A stretch of DNA of 60,445 nucleotides, the filler included, from Hausera hauseri (Eukaryota): the NCBI GenBank assembly GCA_046269625.1. It is 10 parts of 10 records of this genome, joined end to end, with 100 filler letters (N's around TTAATTAATTAA, not from the genome) between each part and the next. Parts side by side here need not be neighbours in the genome. Positions count along the whole stretch, not along the records: positions 41,025 to 51,064 come from JBJURY010248848.1; positions 51,165 to 55,556 come from JBJURY010604666.1; positions 55,657 to 60,445 come from JBJURY010435249.1; 7 more parts are not named here. One strand, written 5' to 3'. The translations under genes were made by a program, and so were the position numbers. Shown here in pieces: positions 48,280 through 60,247 of the stretch. The notes below the pieces were generated by a model. That model made no database searches and had not been told where the DNA came from. It saw only the letters and a program-made list of their open reading frames with translations. Numbering within the stretch: the stretch's first letter is position 1; each line of letters starts with the position of its first letter.

Positions 48280-48323
48280 ATGATAAAATAACCTGACAAC
48301 TACAGAGCGGGTTATTCTATCAT
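48280..48323 (+). other. Conserved RNA stem-loop
   Basis: ATGATA-a-AATAACCTG...CGGGTTATT-c-TATCAT; homolog of 197-240. Confidence 0.6.
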
Positions 48324-48367
48324 CAAACAAAGAACTGGTTTTAGTTTAAAATCACACTGCTTTGAGG

Positions 48368-48402
48368 TTAACCCTTATTTTTTGTTCTTCAGATCGGTAA
48401 GT
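48368..48402 (+). promoter_or_regulatory. Putative acceptor, 4-nt exon and donor
   Basis: TTAAC-CCTTATTTTTTGTTCTT-CAG-atcg-GTAAGT, ATG at 48409. Confidence 0.55.
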
Positions 48403-48408
48403 ATTCAA

Positions 48409-49500
48409 ATGGTGACCAGAAATAACAATGAGCGACGTAGTATCGACGACTATCTACAAAGGTGTGTAAAAATACTAATTCTCCAATCCAAGTCAATATT
48501 CCGATAGATTAACAATGAATTGCAAGGTAGAAACCTCGTGTAGTACAGAAAAATCAGCGATATCCCCAATAATCTTAAAGGCACTACGGAAGAAAATAGA
48601 GTCGTTCGCTTGTACGCATTGAGAGAGAACATGGATGCGAAAGCTTATGGCTTACGACAAATTGTCCAATATGAATCCGACCGATGTCAAAATATTCATT
48701 CACTTAGAAGATGGAGATTTATTATCGATTAAAGGACCAAGCTTGGGATTTCTCTCAAGGAAGGCAAAGCCGGTATAGCACTTTTCTCCTCAACAGCAAG
48801 GACTTTCACCATTACATTTGTGAGCTGGAATTTCGGATAGCTGCATTACCGGTTAAATTGATGATTCACGTGACTAATGAAGAGACGCCGACTGTACAAT
48901 TACCTTTATTAGAGTTTAGGCAGAAACCCACTAAAAGAAATCAGGACGAACATTTACATTCTTTTAGACTGGTACAAGATGCAAGAAATACTATGATCAT
49001 AGCCTTAAATTACGGAGAAGGTGACGACGAGAACTATATTCCGATTGAAGTATCAGTCCAAGAAGCCGGCAGCATCGAGATTTACTCAAAAATAATCAAC
49101 CGAAGAAAAAGGATAAGAGAGACTTATGCGGAGGTAACAGGGATAAGGATGGAGCAGCTGACTAGCGGTAAAGATATTGAACAGGTCCGAGAAGAATTAA
49201 CCCACTGCTTATATGGATGCATTATAGTTGGATACCAAGTAGAAACAATTATAGAATACGAGAAATCAAAATCCATCCTACAATAATGGGATGAGTAGAA
49301 CAGAGTCTTAGGGAAAGAAAAGGGTATCTACCGCCGACCGTGAAAGGTCGAGTTAAACCAATGATCAAATCAATGAGTGGAAGACATGTCAAAATAAGTC
49401 GTCTGTTAACCGCCAATCAACGTTCCCAATATTTGAGTGATATAAACGAAGAACTAAAATGGGACCACGAGTGGATCCCAGACAACCCGAATCAGAATCT
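48409..49500 (+). pseudogene. Accessory ORF with degenerate REX4/ISG20-like DEDDh exonuclease domain (about 48993-49260)
   Basis: IYSKIINRRKRIRETYAEVTGIRMEQLTSGKDIEQVREELTHCLYGCIIVGY resembles REX4 VYD.YVKP...TDYRT.VSGIR.EDL..G.DF..VQ.EV..LLKGRILVGH; aligns with 11817-12290. Confidence 0.7.
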
Positions 49501-50106
49501 GCGAAATTCCACAAATCCCGAAAAACTGAACTTTAGACACAGACGGCATTTCCGACCATACTCTACCCCCAGAAACATCGAGGCTATCGAACGATTGAAC
49601 TATCAGATAACCATACAAAGGTTCAACTCTAAGGCACTCAGTGATAAATCCAAGTCAGGCAATAGACCTTATGTGAACTCCAATTCACAAACTTCCACAA
49701 AAACAATAGAAACCCAAATAAATTTTAAGATACCAGAAGTCCCACGAAAGTATCAGACGAAAGGAACAGATTCCCAGGAAAAGAAAACCGAAGCCGCAAT
49801 ATTTGCGAACAAAAGGAATATTCCTCTATGAATATTTGTTTAAGAATAAAAACAAAACTGTAAAATCGGACACAGACGCAAACAAAGCCCAGAGAGCGAA
49901 AAATCGAACGAATGAAAGAGACGCAGAATCTGTAACTGAGCAATTCGAGGAAACGCCATCTACATCAACAAGCAGTCAAAATTCCGCCGAAACAGGACAT
50001 AAGAACTTCACAAATGGAGTTAAACAACAAATTACAGAAATAAATGTTTCGAAAAAAAGACGCCCAAGACAACATAATCTTTGCCACGGCCAAGGATCAT
50101 CCTTGA

Positions 50107-50760
50107 ATGCTAGTAATCACTGAATATTATAGCCGTAAAAAATCAGAGGCCGCGTTCTTCGTCAAGACCCTACCAGCGCGAGACCTTTACGAGAACACCT
50201 ATATTTGGGAAAGTCCGAAGATAGGGAAATATATTACACCGGTTTTCCAGTCAAAAAGAAATGGTAAATTGATAGTACCGGTAGACAAAACGGTGAAAGC
50301 ATTCTTCAAGAAGCAATACCAGAAATATCAGTTAATAGGAGAGATTCCCGATTTAGATCGAGATGCTATCAGTGATTGGACATTGGTACCGGTAGGATGC
50401 GACCCGAGGGAAAGTTACATAAATGTCAGACAGAAAAGGATCTATGGATATTTGTACTAAGACGGAGATGGTCTTGTGTTTGAACCCATTGAGCTTACAA
50501 TACGAGTGGATTTCGATGACGAAAAATGGGAAAAAGAGGAAAACGAGTGTCCCATATGCGAAGCAGACCTTAAACAGGGATATGTAATTTTAAACAATTT
50601 AGATTATCGGCACAAATACTGTCGGGACTGCTTGGAAAAATGGACGTTAGATAATGGCAAGACCACATGTCCAGCATGCAGAGCCGACCCAAATAATCTA
50701 AAACATTTTTCGAACGGTAGCTATACCCGCGTGGTACGCATAAAACCCTACCACAGTTAA
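50107..50760 (+). pseudogene. Accessory ORF ending in a RING finger
   Basis: ORFs 50107-50460 and 50476-50760 share a frame; CPICEADL..DYRHKYCRDCLEKW..TTCPACRA is RING-HC-like with the third Cys replaced by Tyr. Confidence 0.75.
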
Positions 50761-51489
50761 ACCTTGGAAACGAATGTCCGAGAAGGTCTACCAAATACCA
50801 GTTCGAAATCAAGCTTACGTCAAAGGATGAACCTCCTAAGACGACCACGTTACGGCGGCACCTCTTCTGACGCGATGGGCGCATCCGAGGATGCCGTTCA
50901 GGGAGAAGAGATGTTGTAAAGATATTGCTAGGAAAGACACTAAGACCCGTTTGCGACACTGTCATATTTTCAGGTCTTAGTGCAGCAGCTGAAACAATTA
51001 AAACGAAGAAGAAGCATTAATTGTAAATTTTGAATGGATATAAAAGTAGGGGAAAAATGCGCATNNNNNNNNNNNNNNNNNNNNNNNNNNNNNNNNNNNN
51101 NNNNNNNNTTAATTAATTAANNNNNNNNNNNNNNNNNNNNNNNNNNNNNNNNNNNNNNNNNNNNAGCAGATCAGGAGAAGAATATTCAGCTTTGAGTTAT
51201 TACTTGGAACATCTGAACCAAATAATAACTTGAGGAGATTATCTGTAGGTTTTAAAACATGTTTTCTAACATAAATAGGTTGAAAAATGACATAATTCCC
51301 TTTATATCACAAACTGATGTGGTGTGCTCTGTTTTTAATTTCACACATCTTTGATCTCAGCAGTGGTGGAAACTGTTCCGCTAACAGCAGAACTAGCTTC
51401 ATATTAGATGTCTTCTAACTTTGGAAACTGTTAGCGAACCGGTTTGCTTTCACTAAATATGGTTCCACTTTTAATTCTACTAAAAAAAA

Positions 51490-51870
51490 TGAACAAGTGT
51501 AAAACTTGTATTAAATACAAAACTATTCGCGCTTACAAGCAGAACTGGAAGGCACCGTGTGTTAGCATGTAGCATATAGCATCTTTAGCAGCTAAACTTC
51601 AAACTACAAGCATCATAAAGAAATAAAAATACCATTAAGCAATATTTAAATAACAGATACAAAATTGAGTGCATATAAAATATGGTAGAGGAATTATTTG
51701 CTATATTTTGTTTGACTATGATATTTATGGAAATACAAAACTGGCTTGATACTGAACCGAATAACATTAATAATGCAGAAGATTGTGTTATATACCGGGT
51801 AATTTCGACTTAGGGTTTAGCTGATTTTTCATGCCAATTGACATTTTCTGTGGATATTATTTGTGTTGGA
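51490..51870 (+). pseudogene. C-type lectin domain remnant
   Basis: NWLDTEPNNINNAEDCV..*GLADFSC..IIC at 51739-51864: EPN motif and Cys spacing, with an in-frame stop. Confidence 0.6.
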
Positions 51871-52665
51871 TCAAGTTATAGTATCAACTATAATGCTTTT
51901 ACCGATAACTACAATTCTGAACAATAATGCTGAAGAAGGCCAATCTAAAATGTATATTTTCAATTCCCAAATGGATTGTACTTTCGTGTCAATTTTCCAC
52001 CGTTAATTAATAAAATTTCACATTTTCTAGGTGTTTGATTAGGCAGCCATTCTGTAAAGGTGTCATGGTACAGATGAAGACGAATACGTGCATGTTGAAC
52101 ATTTACGGATTAGTCACTATCGTTGAGATTTAAAAATACACTGGATTCATGGATTCATTATAATAAATAAAATATAATAAAAATATCTACGATAGTCAGC
52201 TCTACAAGTGTAATTTCTCTTGTTGGTATTATTATTTTTATGTATGGGTACTAACATATACGTACAAAACTATCAACGTCCAACATAAAGTTTTAAGTCT
52301 GAAGGGTGTAAGTTCGGTGGTGGTCCGACAATAGAATTGTCTGAACGTGTTGTTTAGGAATAAAGCGAGAGGCTCCAAGATGTCAAATAACAGTTTGGAA
52401 TTATCATGATTATCGGCTCACATTACACAAGATATAAGTTTCTAAGTTGAGATTGTTATTCCGTTGCAATGATTGAGCTTTATACATTGGTCTACTCCAA
52501 TCATCGATCTACCAGGTTAATAGGATGGGTTGTTGTTATTATGAAACAATATAAGAAAATGAATATCTTTCATTTTACATATATTTACACCCATATCGTA
52601 TTTTCCTATTTTCACGTATGAATTATACCCGTATTTTTACCTCCCTCCTTAGTTTAAGATATACC

Positions 52666-52910
52666 ATTTCTACATTAAGGTTTTTCAATGATGAACGTAA
52701 TCCGATGGGGCATTAAATATCAATATCACCTCATCTATAATTTTAAGTTAAAACGACAAAACAAAATTATTATATTCATGGTCATTGATCAATGCCAAAT
52801 TAAATACGTTCAAACCTTGGTTATATTTATCTATACAAGTCTCCAGTAGGCACAACTCTGTATTTACAAAGTATCGATCAAGAATTACACTATTATACCC
52901 TTTGATGTCG
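52666..52910 (+). repeat. Direct repeat, second copy at about 55280-55556
   Basis: Near-identical sequence from tttctacattaagg to ccctttgatgtcg in both places; the second copy has a small internal duplication. Confidence 0.85.
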
Positions 52911-54859
52911 TGGAATATATTCGTATCATTAGTATTCATAGCGACAATTTCCTCAGTTCAACCTTTACGTCTCTGCGGGTAATAATCGATATTCGATTCA
53001 TCCCATAAACCTTTTGATAGTATTATCCAATTCATGTTTGAACTCATCATTCCTGGCGAATTCATAAAGACTAAAGATCATGCTATTAAAAATATTATGT
53101 ATTGCTAAATAATCGTATTAAATATAAAACAACTATATTATCAAATTTATATTTTCATTAATACATGGATATCTTCGGTCTCTCCAACTTTAACGGGTAC
53201 TCACGTCAAATCCATATATTATTCAATTACAAGAGATGAAAATTTATTGACAAAATAATGTATATCATTGGTGGCATCATTATTTAATTGTATTTTATTT
53301 AACTAATCTAAATTTACCATGTTCTTCGTTTGCAGATCACTTATTTTCATATGAGCTCATTTTCCTCGAATGTATGATTATCGCGTTTTCTAAGAAGAGT
53401 GAATGGATTTAACACAATCTTATAGGACTGTCGGTAGTAACTTCTTTAGTATGGTTCTCCTGGAATATCATTATGATACATCAATGAACAAATCTTCTCA
53501 CAATAATGCTCCTTGTTAAAGGCACTCTAATAATCAAGATTTAAAGTTGAGTAAGAATGAAATGGCTTTATACTGAATAGAAATTTCTTCGATATAAGCT
53601 GTCATAGGATGTTATAAACAAACATCAATCAATAAATTCGCTTACTAGAACCTTCCTAGTTAAGGATAATTCTTTATCGAATTAAGTGAACTTTGGTAAG
53701 TTTAAGCAACTGTACAAGAAAAAATGGTTGATTTGTATAAAGGTAACTCGTTTATATACTTGTTGTTGTATTAATAAATTGTCAAATTGATTTTAAGAAT
53801 TGTAATATTTTGATTTATTATATGGCTTTAGATTGTTGAATTGACTTTCAGAATTGACAAATTCTAATTTATTATGTGGCTAATTCAATTCTAAGAAAGG
53901 GTGCGGGTTAATTCTGAAATAACATGATTTCATTTCAACCGTCGATTTTATAATTTCAAACAAATCGATTGATTTATGGCTTGTGTGTATTTCTTGAATT
54001 GCGAATAAACCAACATGGGATTCCGAAGTTTCAGACAAACAGACTGATTTATAGTCTATGCTTGATCTGAATGAAACCGGGTCCAAGAATTTGATTTATG
54101 GTCTATAGCCAATAGCTTGAAGGTTCCTAGTTAATTGCTAATGCCTAATTTGTATATGTAACATAAATGTAAATTTAAAAAAATGTTATTTACTTCATTA
54201 TTTACTGATTTAACTGAATGCATTCAATTTATTAATTTAGCCGCCTATTTTGGTTAACAACACCTGTACATCAAACAGTAAGGATACCCACCAGGGGTTT
54301 AACAATACAAAAAGAATAGAATTAACAAATGAGGTTTTTATTTACACAGGTATATTCACATAGTTACAGTCATTAAAGTTTGATCATAACTATCTCTCAA
54401 ACATTGTCAAATTTCTCGAACAATGTTTAAATTTATTTATGTCAACAAATTTTAGGGCTGTTCATGGGTAGAGCAAACCCTAGCAAACTCTAACACCTTT
54501 TCATTCGCCGCTGAATTTGGGCCAGCCTGCTGAAACTCACCAAAAAGTGATAAAATGGAAAATTGTAAAAATTTCCAAGACTGTAATAGTGCGTTGTACA
54601 CATAATCGTATTAATCATCACTAGGGTCGTGAATATTTTGTTGCCAGGATATTGCATTTTGGGAAAATTTTTCGAAATATTCGAATGGCTATATATTCAG
54701 TTCCTTACGCCACGCAGATTTGATACCTACACCATCTGATAGAGTTCGAAAAACGGAATCTTTTTGTCCTTCCCACCAATATTATTCGAAAACTCGGTGA
54801 AAGGATATTCGAGTTCGAAAAAATTTTTTTTCTATTAATACCATCATATACAGAATTCG

Positions 54860-55190
54860 AAAATGCACATTTTTCATTTTCGAAAATTTTCGAAATTTGC
54901 TCCGAAAAATCGATATTGCACTTTCGAAAATCGATATTGCACTTTCGAAAAATCAATATTGCATTTTTGAAAATTTAAAAATTCAAAATTTAAACAAAAA
55001 GGTGGGAATAGTGAAACCCAACAGCGGCCAGATAATTCTTTGTTCTAGGGAGTGGGAATAGTGAAACCCAACAGCNNNNNNNNNNTTCATTTGCGAAAAT
55101 TTTCGAAATTTGCTCCGAAAAATCGATATTGCACTTTCGAAAATGTAAACAAAAGGGGTGGGAATAGTGAAACCCAACAGCGGCCAGCAA
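54860..55190. repeat. Mixed tandem repeats (CGAAAATCGATATTGCACTTT units and GTGGGAATAGTGAAACCCAACAGC units)
   Basis: At least three copies of each unit are directly visible. Confidence 0.8.
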
Positions 55191-55656
55191 ATTGATTATT
55201 GAATATTGATTTCCAATCCTGGAGTCTTCGAAATAGGAAATTTATATGGGCCCAGTGTGCTCACATCCCCCTACTATAATTTCTACATTAAGGTTTCAAT
55301 GATGAATGTAATCCGATGGGGTATTAAATATCAATACCGTCTCATCTATAATTTTAAGTTAAAACGATAAAACAAATCTCATCTATAATTTTAAATTAAA
55401 ATGATAAAAGAAAATCATTATATTCCCGGTCATTGATCAATGCCAAATTAAATACGTAAACCTTGGTTATATTTATCTATACAAGTCTCCAGTAGGCACA
55501 ACTCTGTATTTACAAAGGATCGATCAAGAATTACACTATTATACCCTTTGATGTCGNNNNNNNNNNNNNNNNNNNNNNNNNNNNNNNNNNNNNNNNNNNN
55601 TTAATTAATTAANNNNNNNNNNNNNNNNNNNNNNNNNNNNNNNNNNNNNNNNNNNN

Positions 55657-56103
55657 CCAATAACAGAATTATCTATCCTACTTTACGGACAATTGGCTCA
55701 ATGCATCAATGTTCGTTATAAGAATGAGCCAACATCAACGATAACGAATCAGCGACTCATATATCCAGATGAAAATTATGGCAATGTTATAGGAATAGTG
55801 TACAAAAACCAAGTACACAACACCCTACATTTAGCCCTAATCGGAGCAAATTTGGAAAAAATTAAAGTTTTAGACCATCAACCGGTATTGACACAACAAC
55901 CAATACCGATTCAGTTGGATCTGGTACCACTCCCCAAACCAAGAGGAGACAAACCACTAATACTCAAAAATACCACCAAAGTGAAACTGCGGATGATATT
56001 ATATGTCAAACAAGACATATATATTCTTGAAAACCTCTACCATATGAAGACCTTGGAACAGATACCCGAGAAGACCAAAATGGGAACCACCATCCAAATT
56101 TGA
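55657..56103 (+). CDS. C-terminal domain of a Gypsy accessory protein (5'-truncated)
   Basis: LSILLYGQ..INV..GIVYK..HNTLHLALIG..HQPVL.QPIPIQL..PLPKPRG..KLRMILY..LENLYHM aligns with the end of the contig 3 ORF. Confidence 0.8.
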   Translation, partial: PITELSILLYGQLAQCINVRYKNEPTSTITNQRLIYPDENYGNVIGIVYKNQVHNTLHLALIGANLEKIKVLDHQPVLTQQPIPIQLDLVPLPKPRGDKPLILKNTTKVKLRMILYVKQDIYILENLYHMKTLEQIPEKTKMGTTIQI

Positions 56104-56355
56104 AGAACAAAAATGTGACTTTGACTTAATTACTTTGATTTGTGATTCTTATGTATCTTTTTCTTCATTTTACTATTCTTTGTGTTTTGTTATTTATTTC
56201 CTTTCATTTACTTTATCACTTTGTACATTGCTGATCATTCTTATTATTAATGTATTCTTTCATTATTGTATATTAACAATTTATACTTTCTTCTATTTCA
56301 TTTTTATGTAAAAAAGAGTGACATAATATTAAATTTTCTAAGGGAAAATTTTTCT

Positions 56356-56480
56356 AAAGGGAGGGGAGATGTTGCGGAATATGTTTTTTTTAAGTACAAC
56401 TATTGTATAAAATTTTGAATTTTCTGAGTACAACTATTGTATAAAATTTTGAAAACACATAACCAATTACAACTTAAGTT
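56356..56480 (+). repeat. PPT (56356-56369) and start of a 3' LTR (TGTT at 56370); LTR end not located
   Basis: AAAGGGAGGGGAGA-TGTT after a T-rich 3' UTR, as on contig 3. Confidence 0.75.
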
Positions 56481-57164
56481 CATTCAGTTACGTTGGCATT
56501 TTAATTGCTCATTTAAGTGTTACGTTAAATATTTGTTGATTGTACGACCACACAAATTAGAATATTTGAGACATTTTACAAACACGATATTGAAAGAAGA
56601 TTTGTTTAATTATTGATTTAACATTTAACGTTTTCATTTATATCTGCGTTAATAGCTGAAAACAATGAAGATATTTTATGAATAGATTAGCAATTCGGAA
56701 TTGATAACATTAGGTTTTATAGTTTGACAAAAACTTTTGTCATGACCAACGGGTAGTTGCTAATGAAAATTATGAATTAGGCAGTTTCAATAAAACACGA
56801 ATGAACACGCATGAATGCGACATTTTACTACGCGTTGTTTAGATTAAAATACCAATACTTGAATTATCGTTAATTGTGAAATTCTGTAGAATTTCAGACA
56901 GATATTTAAACACCCTCAATAAGACGATATTTAATACGTTCATTGCATATGAATCACATGTGATTTATTGAACATGGATACTTGCACGATAATGTCATAT
57001 GAGCCATAAAATGTTTAATATTTTCAACGGAGTAGGTGGAAGTGAGCTCTCCACCGCACTACTGTGATTGGTCCGCCGACCAGTTTTTCCCACCTGATTG
57101 GCTATTTCGAGCATTTCACCAAAATTTTTTACGAGTCCCCATTGGCCGAAAAGGAGGTCGAGCA

Positions 57165-58130
57165 ATGGACTTTGGACCGAGTGATATCGACAGCGCGTGA
57201 AGAGGTGAGTAAAAGTTAATAGAAGTGTGGCTTACAGAAATGTAAGGAAGAAGCGCTAGAAGAGGAAGAAGCAAAACAGGAAATGCTTCACGTGTAGCGC
57301 GAAACATGTTGTGAGCACTCAGAAAATGTGTACAAGGGGTAAGTCGGTATTGGCTTTTGCAATGGACACGGTTACAACTTTGTCGGACCGTGGGAACATG
57401 GGGAAAAATCGATGGGAAAATTTTAAACGGGTAAAATTTCTCCATGTTCAACTCTGCTGGTGATGGAAATTGGTCTAGTACATTGCTCATAAGTTGGGGA
57501 AAATTTCATATTATAGCCGCCTCACGATTGGCCCAATGCATTGGGGTGAAAAATGAAATCGAACGAACGAAAAACGCATTGTTAAAGTAAATTAGGCAGA
57601 AGTGTCCTCTCCACCCCAAAAGACAAAAAGTGCTCAGATGTATTTAGGAGCAAGTTTTTCCAACCTATCTCGCAATTCTGAGCATTTCATGTTTTGTGGT
57701 CGGAGACCCACCCCAAGGAAAAGAAGAAGGTCGGGTAATGGACTTTGAACCGAGACCAATCGGTCGAGCCGGACAGGTGAACAAAAGTCAACAGCGGCGC
57801 GAAGCTGAAAAATGTAACCGGACGGCACAAGAGGCGGAAGAAGAAAAACGGGAAATGTGCAACTCGCAACGCAACACATGTAGTTGGTATACAGAAAATT
57901 TTGTACAGCGGCAAAATTGATGTTGGCAAGTCGAATAGACACGGTTTCGTCGTCGTCCGGCCCAGAGAACATGGGGAAAACCGGTTGGGAAAATTTCCGT
58001 CGGGTAAAATTCCCCCCTGTTCAAGTCTGCCAATGATGGAAATGGGTCCCACACTTTGTTCATAAGTTGTGGAAAATTTCATATTATAACTGCCTCACGA
58101 TCAGACCAATGGATCCTGGTAAAAAACGCA
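57165..58130 (+). repeat. Diverged tandem duplication (units start near 57165 and 57738)
   Basis: Both start atggacttt and share gaacatggggaaaa, tgttcaa.tctgc..tgatggaaat and ttcatattata..gcctcacgat. Confidence 0.7.
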
Positions 58131-58440
58131 CATTTTTTAAAACAAAAAACAACGTCAAAATCGTCATTTTCGTTTTGTGTTTTTTGTAAATGCTTTCGTT
58201 TTGTAAAAATTTATCGTGAATTTCATTTTGTACAACGACAAAAACAACGACGACGACGATTAAAACCGAACGGTTGATAATAATAATAATAAATTACAAT
58301 CGCACTATGAGCATGAGCTCCTAATTGAGTACTACTCATAAAGAGAATGGTTATGATCAAAACTGCAATGCTAGTAGTAGTAGCAAAGGTGACACCTGAT
58401 ATTGTGTACCAAATGTAACAAAGGTAATGAAACGTTATAA

Positions 58441-58443
58441 CAG

Positions 58444-58499
<56 letters not shown>

Positions 58500-58503
58500 G
58501 CAA
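58441..58503 (+). repeat. (CAA)n microsatellite
   Basis: Directly visible. Confidence 0.9.
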
Positions 58504-58598
58504 TATAACACTTAGTATATTTTAAAATCACAAAAACTCACTTCCGATCAGCACAAACACAATCTGTATGTCCGTCATTTCAAAATAGCGAAATACGT

Positions 58599-58968
58599 TC
58601 ACAATAATGTCTGTAATGTAAGCCAAAATAGGCAGTTATGTCCACATAATACAGTAAGTGGATGTTGATAATGAAGTCGATTGCATTCAACACGATGATG
58701 ATGTGATTGTCTTTCAATTTGAGAAACTAACGATGACGGGTAATAAAACCCGAGCGGATCGAATACCTTGACGACGGTCGAATGTTCATGCACCACAATC
58801 CAATGTTCGCCCGGTAACGATGAACTGTGTGTATTGACGATGAAACCTCAGTCACCATTTTTTCGTAAGTCACGCGGCACACGGTCCAGTGGAAACACAA
58901 TGCGGAATTTCACGCCCAAGAGCAGTTTTCCATAGTGACTGAGTTTAGTTGATCTAAACGTAAAACAT
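58599..58968 (-). pseudogene. Adenain-like cysteine protease of a Polinton/adintovirus-like element
   Basis: FIVNTHSSSLPGEHWIV..FDPLG..YQHPLTVLCGHNCLFWL supplies the catalytic His, Asp, Gln and Cys motifs; upstream stop. Confidence 0.85.
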
Positions 58969-59072
58969 GATTTAATCATAATAGTAATAATGGTAATAAA
59001 TTACTTCATGGTGCAACGAGGAGGAAGAAGAAGAAGAAGGTTTTATTTATACCATGACGATTCTGTTTTTCG

Positions 59073-60247
59073 TTATTTCAACCTTAACATCAAATGCAAC
59101 GCTTTAGCAAAATGAATCTCCAGTCGTAAGTTTCCTTGCTGAGGGAGTTGAGTTTGTTCAACATCATAATCCGGAGCCAGGACAAAGGTGAAGAATGGAT
59201 AAGTGGACTTGAACAAATCCATTGATATGCCATTACTGATGTTTTTGTTGAGCAAACCCATGTTGCGCAGGATAGATTGCATATATGTGCAAACACAATC
59301 ATTAAACTCAAAGTCTTGTTTGTACGTGTCAACAAAATCGGCATTCCGACCCAAACTGATGTAATTCACATTGCTATGGGTAAGCTTTTCCGAATCCGTC
59401 ATATAACTGCCCGTTTGTTGAACATTCGTTTGAAATGTAATAAGCATAAATTTTGGCAATCGCATGTCGCCAAACGGTGCATCTTTGTAAAACGTAGTTG
59501 AACCTTTGGGTATCTTGTAAAACACAAGTTCTGTGCGTTGTATCAGGTAACAGACATTTTGCGTTTCGAAGCCCAATTTCCCTTGAGCACAGATGATTCT
59601 ACCTTTACACGACGCACATATAATCGTGCCTCGGTACTTTTCAGTATGGGTTTGAGATTTGCAACTGCGTTTTCCAAACAAAAGACATTGTAGCTTTGTT
59701 TGATCCGAATTATGGCTTTAACACCGGACAGTATGTATTTCGGCTGATCGAAAAAGTCAAAGTACAGTGGTCCACACATTGTAAGCGCTTATGATTCTGC
59801 CACCCATGCCTGACGGTTTACCGCTGTGGCATCGTATCCGATGACTTTTGTCAAATGAGTCATTTTCCTGTCAGTACTGTAATTCAGAACCGTTTTAATG
59901 AGTGCTTTGATACTGTATAGACTAATGTTGCCTTCGATTTTGACGCTGTTCAGAGTCAGTGAAGCCTCTTGGATCAGTGTGAGGAAAAGGCAATTGGCCG
60001 GTGTGACAGTGTCTGTTGCAGTGAGAACCGATGATGCACCCTTTTTATCAATGACTTTTATATAAAGTATCGTATCGGTCAAATCCAGGTATTCATTGTT
60101 CGATGCAATAATGTTGAATTGAATGTCAGTATTATCGTCCGTTGAAACCGAATCAACGGCCTAGATTTCTTCAAATGCCGCATTGTCAATAACAACTTGT
60201 GGCGCCGCATTCTCGAATAAACACAATTCAGATTTGGCAGATGCCAT
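59073..60247 (-). pseudogene. Major capsid protein (double jelly-roll, Polinton/adintovirus type), disrupted
   Basis: AKSELCLF..PQV, IQFNI..EYLDL.DTILYIK, LNYS, GPLYFDFFDQPKYILSGV, ARLYVRRVKV, LPKFMLI, F.FVLAPD, GNLRLEIHFAKAL; lies directly upstream of the protease. Confidence 0.88.

Larger units (their letters stand above)
41025..51064 (+). mobile_element. Large degenerate Ty3/Gypsy element: glycoprotein-PR-RT-RH-IN-membrane protein-accessory ORF(s); both ends off contig
   Basis: All modules lie on one strand with uniform A-rich composition; pol and downstream region collinear with contig 1. Confidence 0.92.

Noticed and set aside
54860-55190. Spaced GTGGGAATAGTGAAACCCAACAGC repeats resembling a CRISPR array
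   Set aside because: Irregular spacing, spacers are themselves repetitive, no cas genes, eukaryotic context.
58223-58531. Poly-Val ORF
   Set aside because: Translation of the (CAA)n microsatellite.
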